The notes beneath the pieces were generated by a model. The model had not been told where the DNA came from. It worked only from the letters and a program-made list of their open reading frames with translations, and ran no database searches. Below are positions 12,614-24,218 of a stretch of DNA of 37,273 nt, one piece after another. The stretch covers positions 1-37,273 of the forward strand of contig NW_021836849.1 in NCBI RefSeq assembly GCF_006345805.1, read 5' to 3'. The DNA comes from Octopus sinensis (Eukaryota). The position numbers were made by a program, and so were the translations under genes. Positions within the stretch are counted from its first letter, which is position 1; each line of letters opens with the position of its first letter.

Positions 12614-14354
12614 AATAACCTTTGCACTTGATTTTTAATGTCTCTACCCCCATATTTGCGTGAGTTGAATTGAGCAAACACTATATGAGAGAGGTTTTCT
12701 TTAAGATTAGAAATAGCCGGAAAAAAGTTTTTTTTAGCTGCTATTTCTAATGAGGTCAGTATGCGGCAAAGTAATTATTTACTAAGCCCTTTTATATAAT
12801 GTAATAATTATATATATATATATATATATGAGCTGGCAGATTTACCCTCCTACCAATATTAATATATATATATATATATAGTAGGTTATAATTATGTATT
12901 TAAACATCTCGTTTCTCTTGTTGCTACTCTACTCAGTTTCACAAGAGTCAACATTTTCCAGACTTTTAATATTTTCAATCCGGCGCTTAAAGACTTCGAT
13001 TTTATGGGTTTAAACAAATCGATTTTATGGGTTATCTCACTGCATGTGGTTTCGTTATGCCTTGTATGGTTTTCAAAGGTGCCAACACTTAACAGGAATG
13101 AAGATTACTTCAGGGGAGGTGACTCTGTTTATATTCGAATTTTGAAATGGTATTTATCAGCTTCTTTTTCTAAAGTATCCATGCAGAGACGTGTTAAAGG
13201 ATGAAAGAGTTAATTTTCTTCTGTACAAACAGGTGGAGGTTTTGTCTCTCCTACTGAAAACATTGGCCGGTATAACCAGTATTTTAATCCTTTTAATAAT
13301 GCATGACTAGATCGGCTGCAGTTTCTTATGTTTCCGTTTGGCTTTTAGTAACAATGCACTTCTTTATAGTGGCATCAAATAGTCTGTCTTCGAGATTATC
13401 ATCAAACTTTCAATTAAATAATTGGAAACAAGGACTTCAAAATTAAAAGTGCAAAACGGGTTTCAGTTTCCTAATTTGAAATGTAATTTAATCTTTGTAG
13501 TTAGATACTCTTTTCTCTCAATTGTAAATTCACGCACAAATAAATTACACAGATAGGCACACGTTTTTAAGTGTGTATATGTACGTGGGTTCGAATACAT
13601 ATGTTAAAATACTGAATAGATAAATCGACTACAATTACTGTCGGTTTCTTTTTATGATTCGTCAGAACATGACGGTTTAATGAATCGTAAAAACAAAAGG
13701 CACTCATTTTTCAGTACCTGAATTAAACATTTTACTCGTGAGTTTACACGTTTACAGTGCAATAAGGTTTAAACCCAATATTTACACGCTAGTACTTATA
13801 GCGTTATCTACTTCGAGTTTCGCAGTTAAAAACGAGTTACTGACCAGGCGGCGAGACAGAACAGATGCGAATGACCTCAAAGGCGGTCGCCCGAATTACT
13901 TCACGCGTCTCTCGAAGATTCTAAGTTCTTATAACGTAAAACATATTCGTACACGAGTGTCTATGTTTTCTGTAACTTAACGGTTCGACAAGTAGAGAAA
14001 GATATATTAAGTATGAAACTTTGAACACGAACTGTGGGTTGTGATCGTCTAAATCTTCGAAGACAGTTCCACAGTATGGCCATGGCCGCTGTCCAAAGAC
14101 GAGACTTGGTCAAGAAATTTTTAAACTTACCACAGTACAAACTTTGTATAATTCCAAACTCAACTGGAATCTCTCTCCATTCCTGAATTCATAAACGATA
14201 ACGTTCAATTCGTGATTTGCCAAATATTAACATCTACTTTGGCTGACACACGCAGGCGTTCATGAATCACAATAATCTGCACACCGCAAGCCTGTGGCCT
14301 TTGTCTGTGGCGGCCTTTCGTAGGGTTCAAAAGAAATTGTAATTGCTTTTACTA

Positions 14355-14580
14355 TTTATCATCGTTTGTTTCAGTTGTTGGATTGCGGCCATGCTGGAGC
14401 ACCGACTTGAAGTAAAATAAATCGACTCCACTACTTATTTTCTTTTCTTATCTGTTACTTATTGTGTCGGTCTCTTTTGTTGAACTGTTAGCTTACGGGG
14501 ACGTAAATAGACGCTGGACTACCGTCCAGCGGTGGGTAGGACAGGCAGACATACATAAACGCACACAAACACACACATAT
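14355..14580 (-). mobile_element. SINE family B, 3' half
   Basis: Reverse complement matches the 3' part of the 17336-17725 copy (gctccagcatggccgca, gagaccga, ccccgtaa). Confidence 0.8.
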
Positions 14581-14680
14581 GCATGTGTATATGTCTCTCA
14601 ATAATAATAATTATTATTACGAACTAGCATTAGCATTACCTTTAATTCCTTGATATATATATATATATACAGCCTCAAGT

Positions 14681-14765
14681 AGACCTACATATGTTTCAAC
14701 TACACAAGTAGTGACCGTTGTAACTGCACCCTTACAACAATACCGGTGCAGTTTCTTCAGAATCT
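14681..14765 (-). ncRNA. Type I hammerhead ribozyme
   Basis: AGAUU-CUGAAGA-AACUGCAC...GUGUAGUU-GAAAC-AUAU-GUA-GGUCU. It has an intact core, an 8-bp stem II, palindromic stem III ACAUAUGU, a GUA cleavage triplet and a 5-bp stem I with two G-U pairs. It lies between TA tracts. Confidence 0.8.
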
Positions 14766-14846
14766 TCACTTTATATATATCACGGTATCAACCAGAATAT
14801 CTGATGTATTATACATCTATATAATATCTAAGTTATCTAAGTATAT

Positions 14847-14898
<52 letters not shown>

Positions 14899-15159
14899 TA
14901 TATATATATTATATATATATATATATATATACTATAATATATATTAATATATATCTATATATATATATAAATTAGTAATAAATGGCACAACTAAGTACCG
15001 ATATTTACTGGAAATAGCGAACGTAAAAATACGACGCTAATGTGTAGCTTCACCGCGTATGTATTAGCAAAATGCTTGTGTGCAACAAAATAGAGAAAAA
15101 AAAAACCGTCTTACCTCCAGGGAGAACATCTGAAAGATGAAACACCCGGAAAATGGATA

Positions 15160-15237
15160 ATGTGGTACCTGCAGGTTTCAGGTTTGCAAGATATGTCTCT
15201 CACCCATATTTTGCTTTACCTTCTTCAGCCAAACATA
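15160..15237 (-). ncRNA. Type I hammerhead ribozyme within a ~450-bp insert (14968-15420) in (TA)n
   Basis: UGG-CUGAAGA-AGGU..GCAA.AUAUG(loop)CAUAU.UUGC..ACCU-GAAAC-CUGCAG-GUA-CCA. It has an intact core, a long interrupted stem II and the perfect palindrome ACCUGCAGGU (15167-15176). Predicted cleavage is between 15166 and 15165. Confidence 0.8.
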
Positions 15238-15417
15238 TACCAAGACGAAATCTACGATGTTACCACATTAATACTAACACACTCGACTGAAATACGGAAC
15301 GCTAACAGTACGAGAAACGGTGAAGAAGTTTCAAAATATCAGTAATGCAATACAAAGTATTGCCTTCCAGTAAAAAGTAGCCCGTGAGGGAAAAATACAC
15401 AAATTAGTAAATAATTA

Positions 15418-15466
<49 letters not shown>

Positions 15467-15706
15467 AATATATCATTTGCTAGTAGACACGAAGTATTTC
15501 CCGTAATTTTCATTGAGCCATCGCTATGTTATTGATGTTTGATTTTTATCTTGATTGCACTCAGGATTCAAGAACTGTATTCAAAACTGGGTCAACAATA
15601 CGAGTAGCAAATCGTTTCTTTACACTGGCACACAAGCACACGTATGTATGTACGCATTTATATACACGTACATCTGTGTAAATTTATATATACAATATAA
15701 ATAATA

Positions 15707-15751
<45 letters not shown>

Positions 15752-15946
15752 TGCATTTGTATATATACATGAATATATATATAATTACGAGTACGTTTAT
15801 ATGAATATACGATGTGTGTAGGCACTTATTATATATAGAGAGAGGAGGAAAGGTCTTCATGTGTATATATATATATATAGGTGTAAAATACATATTCATA
15901 TATATATGTGTGTGTATTTACATATGTGACTATATTTATATGTGTG

Positions 15947-16001
<55 letters not shown>

Positions 16002-16318
16002 TATATATAATATATATATATATATATACGTGTGTATATGTGCAAGTATATACAGATATGCATATATGTAAGCATATACATATATATAAGTATATATGTG
16101 TGTGTGTGAGTGTAAGTATATACACACATACATACACATATATATATATTTATGTATGTATATACATATATGTAGAAATGTATATATGTAAGTTCATACA
16201 AATATACGTATGCATCCATTAATTTCCACCGCATATGATTTAAATATTATTCAAAGCTAGACTGCATTACATTTGAACTCAACTTATTGTCTATTCGATA
16301 TTATTATTATAATTATTA

Positions 16319-16375
<57 letters not shown>

Positions 16376-16380
16376 ATAAT

Positions 16381-16650
16381 TCTTTGGTATCTATTTTACG
16401 ACATTCTAATTGTAGCAGTCCCTTGGCTCATCAGCTCATATTAAACAAATTGTCTGTAGATATTTTGTGCTGTTGTTCTTTAAAACTTTCTAATATTCTA
16501 ATTAACTTCTGTCTACTTATTCACTTCCATTTTGTTTCAAGTCTTCCTAAGTACATTATGACTGAAAATGCTCTTACTGGTGCATTGATGTCTATTAATT
16601 TGTTTTTGTCATTATTTTAGTTTTCTGCTCTCTTCCGTTACGTTTCTGGC
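16381..16650 (-). mobile_element. Highly decayed R4/Dong post-RT (thumb) fragment
   Basis: Minus strand reads NDKNKLIDINA...KISTDNLFNMS**AKGLLQLE, compared with the R4 pattern NAKNKI.AIN...KADVDRLY..R..GGRGLIQLE. Confidence 0.55.
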
Positions 16651-17335
16651 GATCATTTCAATTCGGTTTCTTTTTTTTTTTCTAATTTTCACAAAGATGT
16701 TTCCAAGTTTAACCATCTCTGCTACGATCATGCTGGAGCAGCATCTACTAGTGTATTGTACTTTTATTAATTGATTGCTAGATATTTATAATTTTGTCTT
16801 TCGGTATTCAGATTTTGTTCATATCTATGTTATTTTATTTACTATGAAACACCACTATTAAAGTCGTAGTTAACATACTTGATGTAGTTATCTAATAAAT
16901 TAACTTTCTTTAAATATAATTGCTCTCCGAGCAATGAGAAAGGCATTATTATTTAAATGATTGCCTCTGTACGTAGAAGCTAAGAGAACCGACTCATATT
17001 TAAATTAGTTAAAATCAAATTACACCTAAAACGTATTAAGAGATGAGTCTGAGCTTTAGTAATTTGTTCCCAACCCTAAACATGTTCTGACCTTATTAGA
17101 CCTCCTCAGGGAAGCAACTCTGTCCGTTACTGCCAGAGCTTAAAGTGAGCAGAGAAATTATACAGTAACTTCGTAATGAAATGCTGAAGATTATGACTTT
17201 TACATATGACTGACACGAAAGCCTGCTGTATCAAACACTATTGGTGAAAAGCGTGGTTTCTCTGCTATTTCTGCATCTTCCCATGACCTGCATTTATATG
17301 AGCTAGTTCGATGTTGAACTGAGAGTGTTTGTGTG

Positions 17336-17725
17336 TAGAGTGGCTGTGTGATAAGTACTTTGTTTACCGACTACATAGTTCCGGGTTCAGTCCCACTGCG
17401 TGACACCTTGGGTATGTGTCTTCTACTATAGTCTCGGGCCGATAGAAGCCTTGTGAGTGGATTTGGTAGACGGAAACTGAAAGAAGCCCGTCATTTGTGT
17501 GTATGTATGTGTGTATGTGTTTATCCTCCCAACATTGCTCGACAACCGATACTAGTGCGTTTCCTTCCCCGTAACTTAGCAGTTCGACCAAAGAGACCGA
17601 TGGAATGAGTACTAGGCTTACACAGAATAAGTCCTGGGGTCGATTTGTTCCACTATGGCGATGCTACAACATGGCCGCAGTCAAATGACTGAAACTAAAA
17701 GAATAAAAGAATAAAAGTATAAAAG
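17336..17725 (+). mobile_element. Full-length SINE family B (tRNA-like head, CORE/V-like gacaccttggg domain, aaaagaat tail)
   Basis: A box tggctgtgtgat, B box gggttcagtccc and tail (aaaagaat)n. Partial relatives lie at 14355-14580, 19080-19230, 20545-20705 and 29100-29230. Confidence 0.85.
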
Positions 17726-17826
17726 AATGTGTGTGCGCGGGCGCACCTGACCACGTAGACATAGGTGCAAAGAACGGTAGAGGAAACTAGTATTCGAATA
17801 CTAAAGGTAATGTAAATTATTAATTT

Positions 17827-17993
17827 ATTGAAGCTGAGAAACTTCACAAACTGTTACTCAGAGTTTCATGTAAATGATTATCAAACAGCGGTGATGTTTA
17901 GAGCAACAGTCTTGGTCTAAATATGCACGACAATCTGATGGTCGGGTACATGAAATTCTGATAAGCAGTTTGAACATTTTCTTCGGCTTCAAT
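17827..17993. repeat. Decayed inverted repeat with hammerhead remnants (probable old Penelope-like pLTR pair)
   Basis: 17827-17872 reverse-complements to tacatgaaactctgagtaacagtttgtgaagtttctcagcttcaat, similar to 17947-17993. The right arm is preceded by ctgatg (17935). Confidence 0.6.
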
Positions 17994-19079
17994 TTTATGT
18001 TTTATCAGTGTTTCAACATAGTCTCGAAATTATAAAGACAATGTCCTTATGCGTTAATAGATCCGTTGGCTGATGTATTCTAAACAATGATAAATTTGAA
18101 GCTTCTCGGCCTGTTTTTCTCAGAGTCGCCAGTGTTCAATCGAGTCAAGTTATTTGAAACCATGCCAAAAGATTAGAGATTCGTCTCCTGTGACTGTTAC
18201 TAAAGCACTTATTTTCCTACTCCAGCGATAAAGTAGCAACTGTGGGATAATATAATTCTGCAACGTATGCAGCAGCAGCACTATAAAACTGACGAGAGTT
18301 TCACTGTTTATTTTTCAATAGTCAATAATGTTTTGAAATTTGATATTGCCTCGAGAGTTATAACATGAACAGATGAACTCAGAATGAAGTACATCGATCG
18401 ATTTAAGTACAGTTTTATTCGTGATGTTTTTTTTCTTTTGGCCCCAGGACAACCCCAATGGAACAAGGTCAAACGCATTGCAATTGTGTTCATCTGACTC
18501 CAACATAGTCTATCTAAGACTATTTTGCTTAATGTGTCTTTTTGTTTTGTTGTTGCTTTGTCCTAGCTCATCGCTGTGTTTGAATAGACAGACCTATGAT
18601 CAGACATTCCTTCCGAAGTGTTCTTTTAACTAATATAGGGACTTGCACGGTTTTTTAAAATAATCTTTATTTTTTACGGAGATGCACTTGCATAGCAAGC
18701 GACCTGATCTGAGATCGTGTGCTGGAACGAAAACAATTGCAGCGTGGAAGGTGTTTATAAGCCATTTAAGAAACACACAAAATCCGTTAGATTCACTTCA
18801 ACATTTAAATTTAATTTGTCAAAATATTTTCGTCGCTTTGAGACCGCGACTTGTTCGCTGACAAAATTCCGTGCTGCATCTTGTTATCTTTATTTTTAAT
18901 CGTTTCGTATAAAGAAGTCGTTGCAAAGGCGAAAAGCTTCATTATGTCAGAATAAGCACTTAGAAGAACAGTAGCGTTTAATAGAATATTCGAAAACAAG
19001 ATAACTCTACGTGCCATGAGAAAAGTTGAAATTCTGGCGCATCAGGGAAATCAAGGTTCATCTGCTGAGAATGAAGGCA

Positions 19080-19230
19080 AGCGTGTGGCTGTGGACTGAA
19101 GTGTTTTACTCTGCAAACAACGGTTGCGAGTTCGATTCACGGCTCCTCGAAGGATTATCTTCTGCTTCAGACCCAAGTCTGACCAAATCCTTGTGAGTGA
19201 AATTTGCTAAACGGAAACTGTGTGGGAGCC
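19080..19230 (+). mobile_element. SINE family B 5' fragment
   Basis: gtggctgtgg...gagttcgattc...ccttgtgagtgaaatttgctaaacggaaactg. Confidence 0.7.
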
Positions 19231-19911
19231 TATATGAGAGATTATTCCTATTGTTGAGCTATATAGTTAATTCGTCACCTGTTTTTTCAAACACCACCTG
19301 GAACCTCAGGTGCCTTCAGCAGACCCCACTCTTTTGCAAACATTCGCGTCAGGACCCTGATCAGAAGACTAGGACCTCCTTTATTCACATAAGTTCTAAG
19401 ATTTGCTTACTGTTAAATATTTTAAACGAGGAATGCGATTTTTTTTAAATCACAAGAAACAAAAATATTAAAAATATATTCAGATATTTTAAAATTTCAG
19501 CATCAAATCTGGGAAGAGTTTCCAGTTTAGTGCTTGGTTTTTTGGTTTCAAATGTTAAAAATATTTAAATACAGCTCAAGTTGTATAGTCTATTAAACCA
19601 TTTTATTCACGACCATAATGCATTACACTTCAGATTAATGTCCTCTAGTATGACCTTCAGTTCACAAAATGCTTTAGTAGATGGAAACTGTACAGAATCC
19701 CAACATGTATATATGCAAGTATGTGCACAAGCGTATGTGTGCACGTGTATGTGTACGTGTATGTGTGTGCGCGCGTTTGTGTTCGAAAACTATTTCGGCC
19801 TATATTAGAAAAAAGACCTTGAACGTTCATTATATTTTGATATGGAAAAATATACCCCCCAATGCCACTCTGCTCTATAAGCAATAAATAATAAGAAAGA
19901 AGAAAGATGAT

Positions 19912-20120
19912 GAGCTGCTGACCGAATTGTCAGCATTGCCAGGCAAAACGCTTAGCGACGGCATTTTGTCTGTCTTTATGTTCTGAGTTCAAATTCTGTC
20001 GAAGTCCTTTCATCCTTTCGTAGTCGATAAAATAAATACCAGTTGAATACTGGGGTCGATTTAAATAACTTATCCTTCCTCTGAAGTTGCTGACTTTGTG
20101 ACAAAATTTGAAAACCAGTA
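19912..20120 (+). mobile_element. SINE family A copy
   Basis: ttctgagttcaaattc...ttcatcctttcgtagtcgataaaataaataccagttgaatactggggtcgat. Confidence 0.9.
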
Positions 20121-20544
20121 ATGAAAAGTGGGGAAGGAGTAAACTTGCTTGCGGCAAATCAACTCGATTTTCCTTTTTTTTTTTAAGGAATTGTAAATCT
20201 CAAGAATTCACCTCATTTACCTTATTGGTTCTCCTTTGAAAGGCATGAACCTCACGCATTCCCTTTTCCAGTTTTCATTCATTTGACAACTGATGCTCTC
20301 TTATTTTATTTTTCACTTTAATTTACAATTAGTGAAGAACGTGTCGTTGGTAACAGGTTTCCAACAGATCAAGCACTAATTTGCTAACTACATGAGGGTC
20401 AAGGGAGTTTAAGTTGCTCGCCATGGAACAAATATCTCGAAGGATTTCTTTAATAAAGAACCTGTTTTTCGGTTTACTTGCCGGTGCTTACAGATTTCGC
20501 AGATATCGATCGGCGACAGTGATGCGTACATTCACATTCTATAC

Positions 20545-20705
20545 ATACAACTGACTTCTACACAGTTTCTGTTTACCAAATTTCACTCAGACGGTATTTC
20601 TCAAGCCAGGACTATGTTAAAAAGCACATGACCAAAGTACCGCGCACCGGGATCGAACCTGGAACTATACGATAACAAAGTAAAGTTCTTAGTCACACGG
20701 CCCTG
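20545..20705 (-). mobile_element. SINE family B 5' fragment
   Basis: Reverse complement has ccaggttcgatcccggtgcgcggtactttggtcatgtgc and ttggtaaacagaaactg. Confidence 0.65.
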
Positions 20706-21169
20706 TCTGGGAACCCCAGCATAAGCAAAATGAAAACCATTCGATTGAAAATAACAAATTACATTCAACCCCTGAGAAGATGTAAAAACAAATTTCCCGC
20801 TCTTTCTAACGACTTTATATAAAATACGATTTTCGTCCACTTTTTATGCGGTGGTCTATAAAAATCAGTTGACTTTTTTCTCTCTATTTGGGTTTACGTT
20901 TGGCTTAGATTTTTTTTTTTCCTTTTCGTTACATGTTTTGACTCAATTAACATCTTGTTTCACGTTCCTAAGGTTTCGTTGTGTATTTAACATCGTCGCA
21001 GTAGCTCGGTATGTAAGGTGTCCATTTTCTAGTGAACGTAGACCGGAAGCTCTGATAGAGTTGTATTTATTACCGCCATTGTCAAGACAAGGAGCTTAAA
21101 TATATCAAAGAGACCTAAACAAGTTTTTTTTTTTTTCCAAACGATAAAGAATATAGCGTCAATAACCAG

Positions 21170-22309
21170 CCATAGCAGAATCGGCAGAGCGACGGACAAA
21201 ATAACTCGTGGTATTTAGATACGTCCCTCTATGCTCTAAATTAAAATCCCATAGATGTCATAGAATCTTATTCTAATCTATTTCGGGAGTTCGAAAAAGA
21301 TTAGTACCAGTAATGTACAAAATACAATGTAATCAACTGGCCCCTTCATTAAAACATTATGACCAGTCAAGTACTGAGATCAGTGGTATCGACTAATTCC
21401 TTGCTCACACAACTACTGACCTTATACAGAAAGCAGAAATTATTATTATTATCATTATTATTATCATTATTATTAATATCATTGTTGTTATTATCATCAT
21501 CATCATCATCGTTAAGGCGGCGAGCTGGATAAAACGTTAGCACGCCGGGTGAAATGCTTAGCGGTATTTCGTCTGCAGCTACGTTCTGAGTTCAAATTCC
21601 ACCGAGGTTGACTTTGCCTTTCATCCTTTCAGGGTCGATTAAATAAGTACCAGTTACGCACTGGGGTCGATATAATCGACTTAACCCGTTTGTCTGTCCT
21701 TGTTTGTCCTCTCTGTGTTTAGCCCCTTGTGGGTAGTAAAGAAATAGGTATTTCGTCTACCGCTACGTTCTGAGTTCAAATTCCGCCGAGGTCGACTTTG
21801 CCTTTCATCCTTTTGAGGTCAATAAATTAAGTACCAGTTGTGTACTGGGGTCGATCTAATCGACTAACCCCTTCTTCCGAAATTCTAGGCCTCATGACTA
21901 TAGTAGAAAGATTATTATTATTATTAATATTATTATTAAAGGTGGCGAGCCAGTAGAATCTTTAGCACATTGGGCGAAATGCTTACCAGTGTTTTGTCCT
22001 CCTCCCCCTAATTACTGGCCTAGTGCCAAAATTTTAAACCATTATTATTATTATTATATATTTATTCATAGTTATTGTTGTTTTCTGGGGTCGATAAAAA
22101 TAAGAAGTAACCAGATTATATCGAGCTGAAATATCCATTCGATAAACGCAGTTAGCTTCCCAAGATGCAAATCAAGGGCGGAACATCGTAGTAAATGCCT
22201 TACGTTATTTAGCCATGCCACTTTTAGGTCTTAGTTAAAATCCTGCCTGAAGCGGCGACAAAGATACTAGTCGTGCTTTTGTCAGAAATTATCATTATTA
22301 TTATTATTA

Positions 22310-22349
<40 letters not shown>

Positions 22350-22553
22350 GAGATGGCAAGTGAGTAGAATCGTTAGCGCGCCGAAAAAATGCTAAGGGTA
22401 TTTCGTGCGTTTTTATGCTGAGTCGAATGCCGCCAAGGTTGACAATTTTTCATCCTTTCGGGGTCGATAAAATAGGGACCAGTTGAGCGCTTGGGTCGAT
22501 GTAATCGACTTGGCCCTTGCCCCAAAATTGTTGGCGCTGTGCCATAATGTGAA

Positions 22554-22560
<7 letters not shown>
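21170..22560 (+). mobile_element. Cluster of SINE family A copies, including a dimeric/composite copy at 21514-21925
   Basis: Heads at ~21170, 21514, 21939 and 22350 separated by TTA/TCA tails. Confidence 0.85.
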
Positions 22561-22614
<54 letters not shown>

Positions 22615-22620
22615 TATTAT

Positions 22621-23172
22621 TGACTTAGAGAGCAATACATACTATCAAAATGACACTTGGGTACAAATACACGAGGCCCAGTATACCTATCATGACTACC
22701 CGTCTGATAAGGGTACACCAGACTCATGCATCACAACCATATGAGCGCGACATGGTGACCCCACAATAAACAGCGCATGATCTTGCTGGCGAAGCCCAGT
22801 GAGAATTCTTTCAGTTCGAGTAGCGCACCCCGCCCAAAAGGTCCCTGAATATAAAGGTTGTTGAAGGATGATGAACGAAACACCCATGTTTCCAGAGGCG
22901 AATTATCCAAATCCCAAAGAATAATCTCTCGATACCTGGATACGATCCCCCACTACTTTTGCTCGTGATCAGAGATGTACATATCTTCAGCCACTAAGGG
23001 ATATGTTCAACTGGTTATGGTCAAACAACTGACAAGCATATCTGTGGTATTGAGCAGAATATCTGCTGTAGCCCATCTTTTATACCAAGACAAAACCATG
23101 TACATGATAACACTTCCATTCAGTGTAAGATCAGAAACCATGAGAACCACTGCCCAATGTTGCATCAGGACA
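22621..23172 (-). mobile_element. ~550-bp non-coding interspersed element inserted in (TAA)n, possibly a non-autonomous partner of R4/Dong
   Basis: GC-richer unique block flanked on both sides by long TTA tracts, with no credible ORF. Strand and family are inferred from the TAA orientation only. Confidence 0.45.
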
Positions 23173-23193
23173 TTATTATTATTGTTATTATTA

Positions 23194-23252
<59 letters not shown>

Positions 23253-23736
23253 GTACTATTGTCATCATCATCATTATCATCATCGACTTATACCAAGTGC
23301 AATCGACGTATCATCAATGACATGATAGCTTAAATAATCATCAGCATCATCATTATCCTCATCATCACAATTAAAATCATCATCATCGCTGTAACCACCA
23401 TCATCCTCATCAGCAACAGAATCATTTTTCTTTTTACTTTTCCATATTTTTAACTATTGTATATTTTGCAATTCCCTGTTAATTTTTTAAAATTATTCTT
23501 TGTCACATAAAACTACGTCCATATATATATATATATACAGTATATATAGACACATACATACACATGTGTGTATATGTGTGTCTTTACAAATCTAAATAAA
23601 TGAAATAGTAATAATGATAGCAATAATAATGTTCAATGTAATTATTAACGCAAATATATTTATCAAAATTAATATTAATAACTTGTTGCATATTTTTTAT
23701 TTACTCTCGTTTCATGTGTTTTATACTAACATTTCA

Positions 23737-23799
<63 letters not shown>

Positions 23800-23837
23800 G
23801 TTTCAAATACTACCAATAGAACTACTAACACTACTAT

Positions 23838-24218
23838 GTGACACTGCGTCAGTTGCGACGACGAGGGTTCCAGTTGATCCTATCAACAGAACAGTCTGCT
23901 CGTGAAATTAACGTACATGTGGCTGAGTATTCCACAGAAACGTGTACCCTTTATGTAGTTCTCGGGGAGATTCAGCATGACACAGAGTGTGACAAGGCTG
24001 GCCCCTTTGGAATACAGGTACAACAGAAACAGGAAGAAAGGGTGAGAGAATTGTGGTGAAAGAGTACAGCAGGGTTCGCCACCACCCCTTACCGGAACCT
24101 CGTGGAGCTTTAGTCGTTTTCACTCAATAGACAATCACAACGCCCAGTCTGAGAATCGAAAACACGGTCCTACGACCGCGAGTCCGCTGCCCTAACCACT
24201 GGGCCACTGCGCCTCCAC
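23838..24218 (-). mobile_element. Full-length SINE family C (tRNA-derived)
   Basis: The minus strand begins gtggaggcgcagtggcccagtggttagggcagcggactcgcggtc...ttcgattc (A and B boxes). Its 3' half matches 33610-33780 in the opposite orientation. Confidence 0.85.

Larger units (their letters stand above)
12100..12809. mobile_element. Long inverted repeat (arms ~12100-12417 and ~12487-12809, ~70-bp spacer), probable inverted Penelope-like pseudo-LTR pair in (TA)n
   Basis: The arms are reverse complements over ~320 bp with small indels (e.g. caactcacgcaaatatgggggtagagacatt vs aatgtctctacccccatatttgcgtgagttg). Each arm carries a hammerhead motif. Confidence 0.85.

Noticed and set aside
20973-21008. 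36-nt cassette exon (cctaag|...|gtatgt)
   Set aside because: The splice signals are plausible but only moderate, and the peptide FRCVFNIVAVAR is unrecognised. It cannot be told from chance without RNA data.
24150-24218. tRNA gene on the minus strand
   Set aside because: It is the tRNA-like head of a SINE; the acceptor and T arms are imperfect and it continues into the SINE body.
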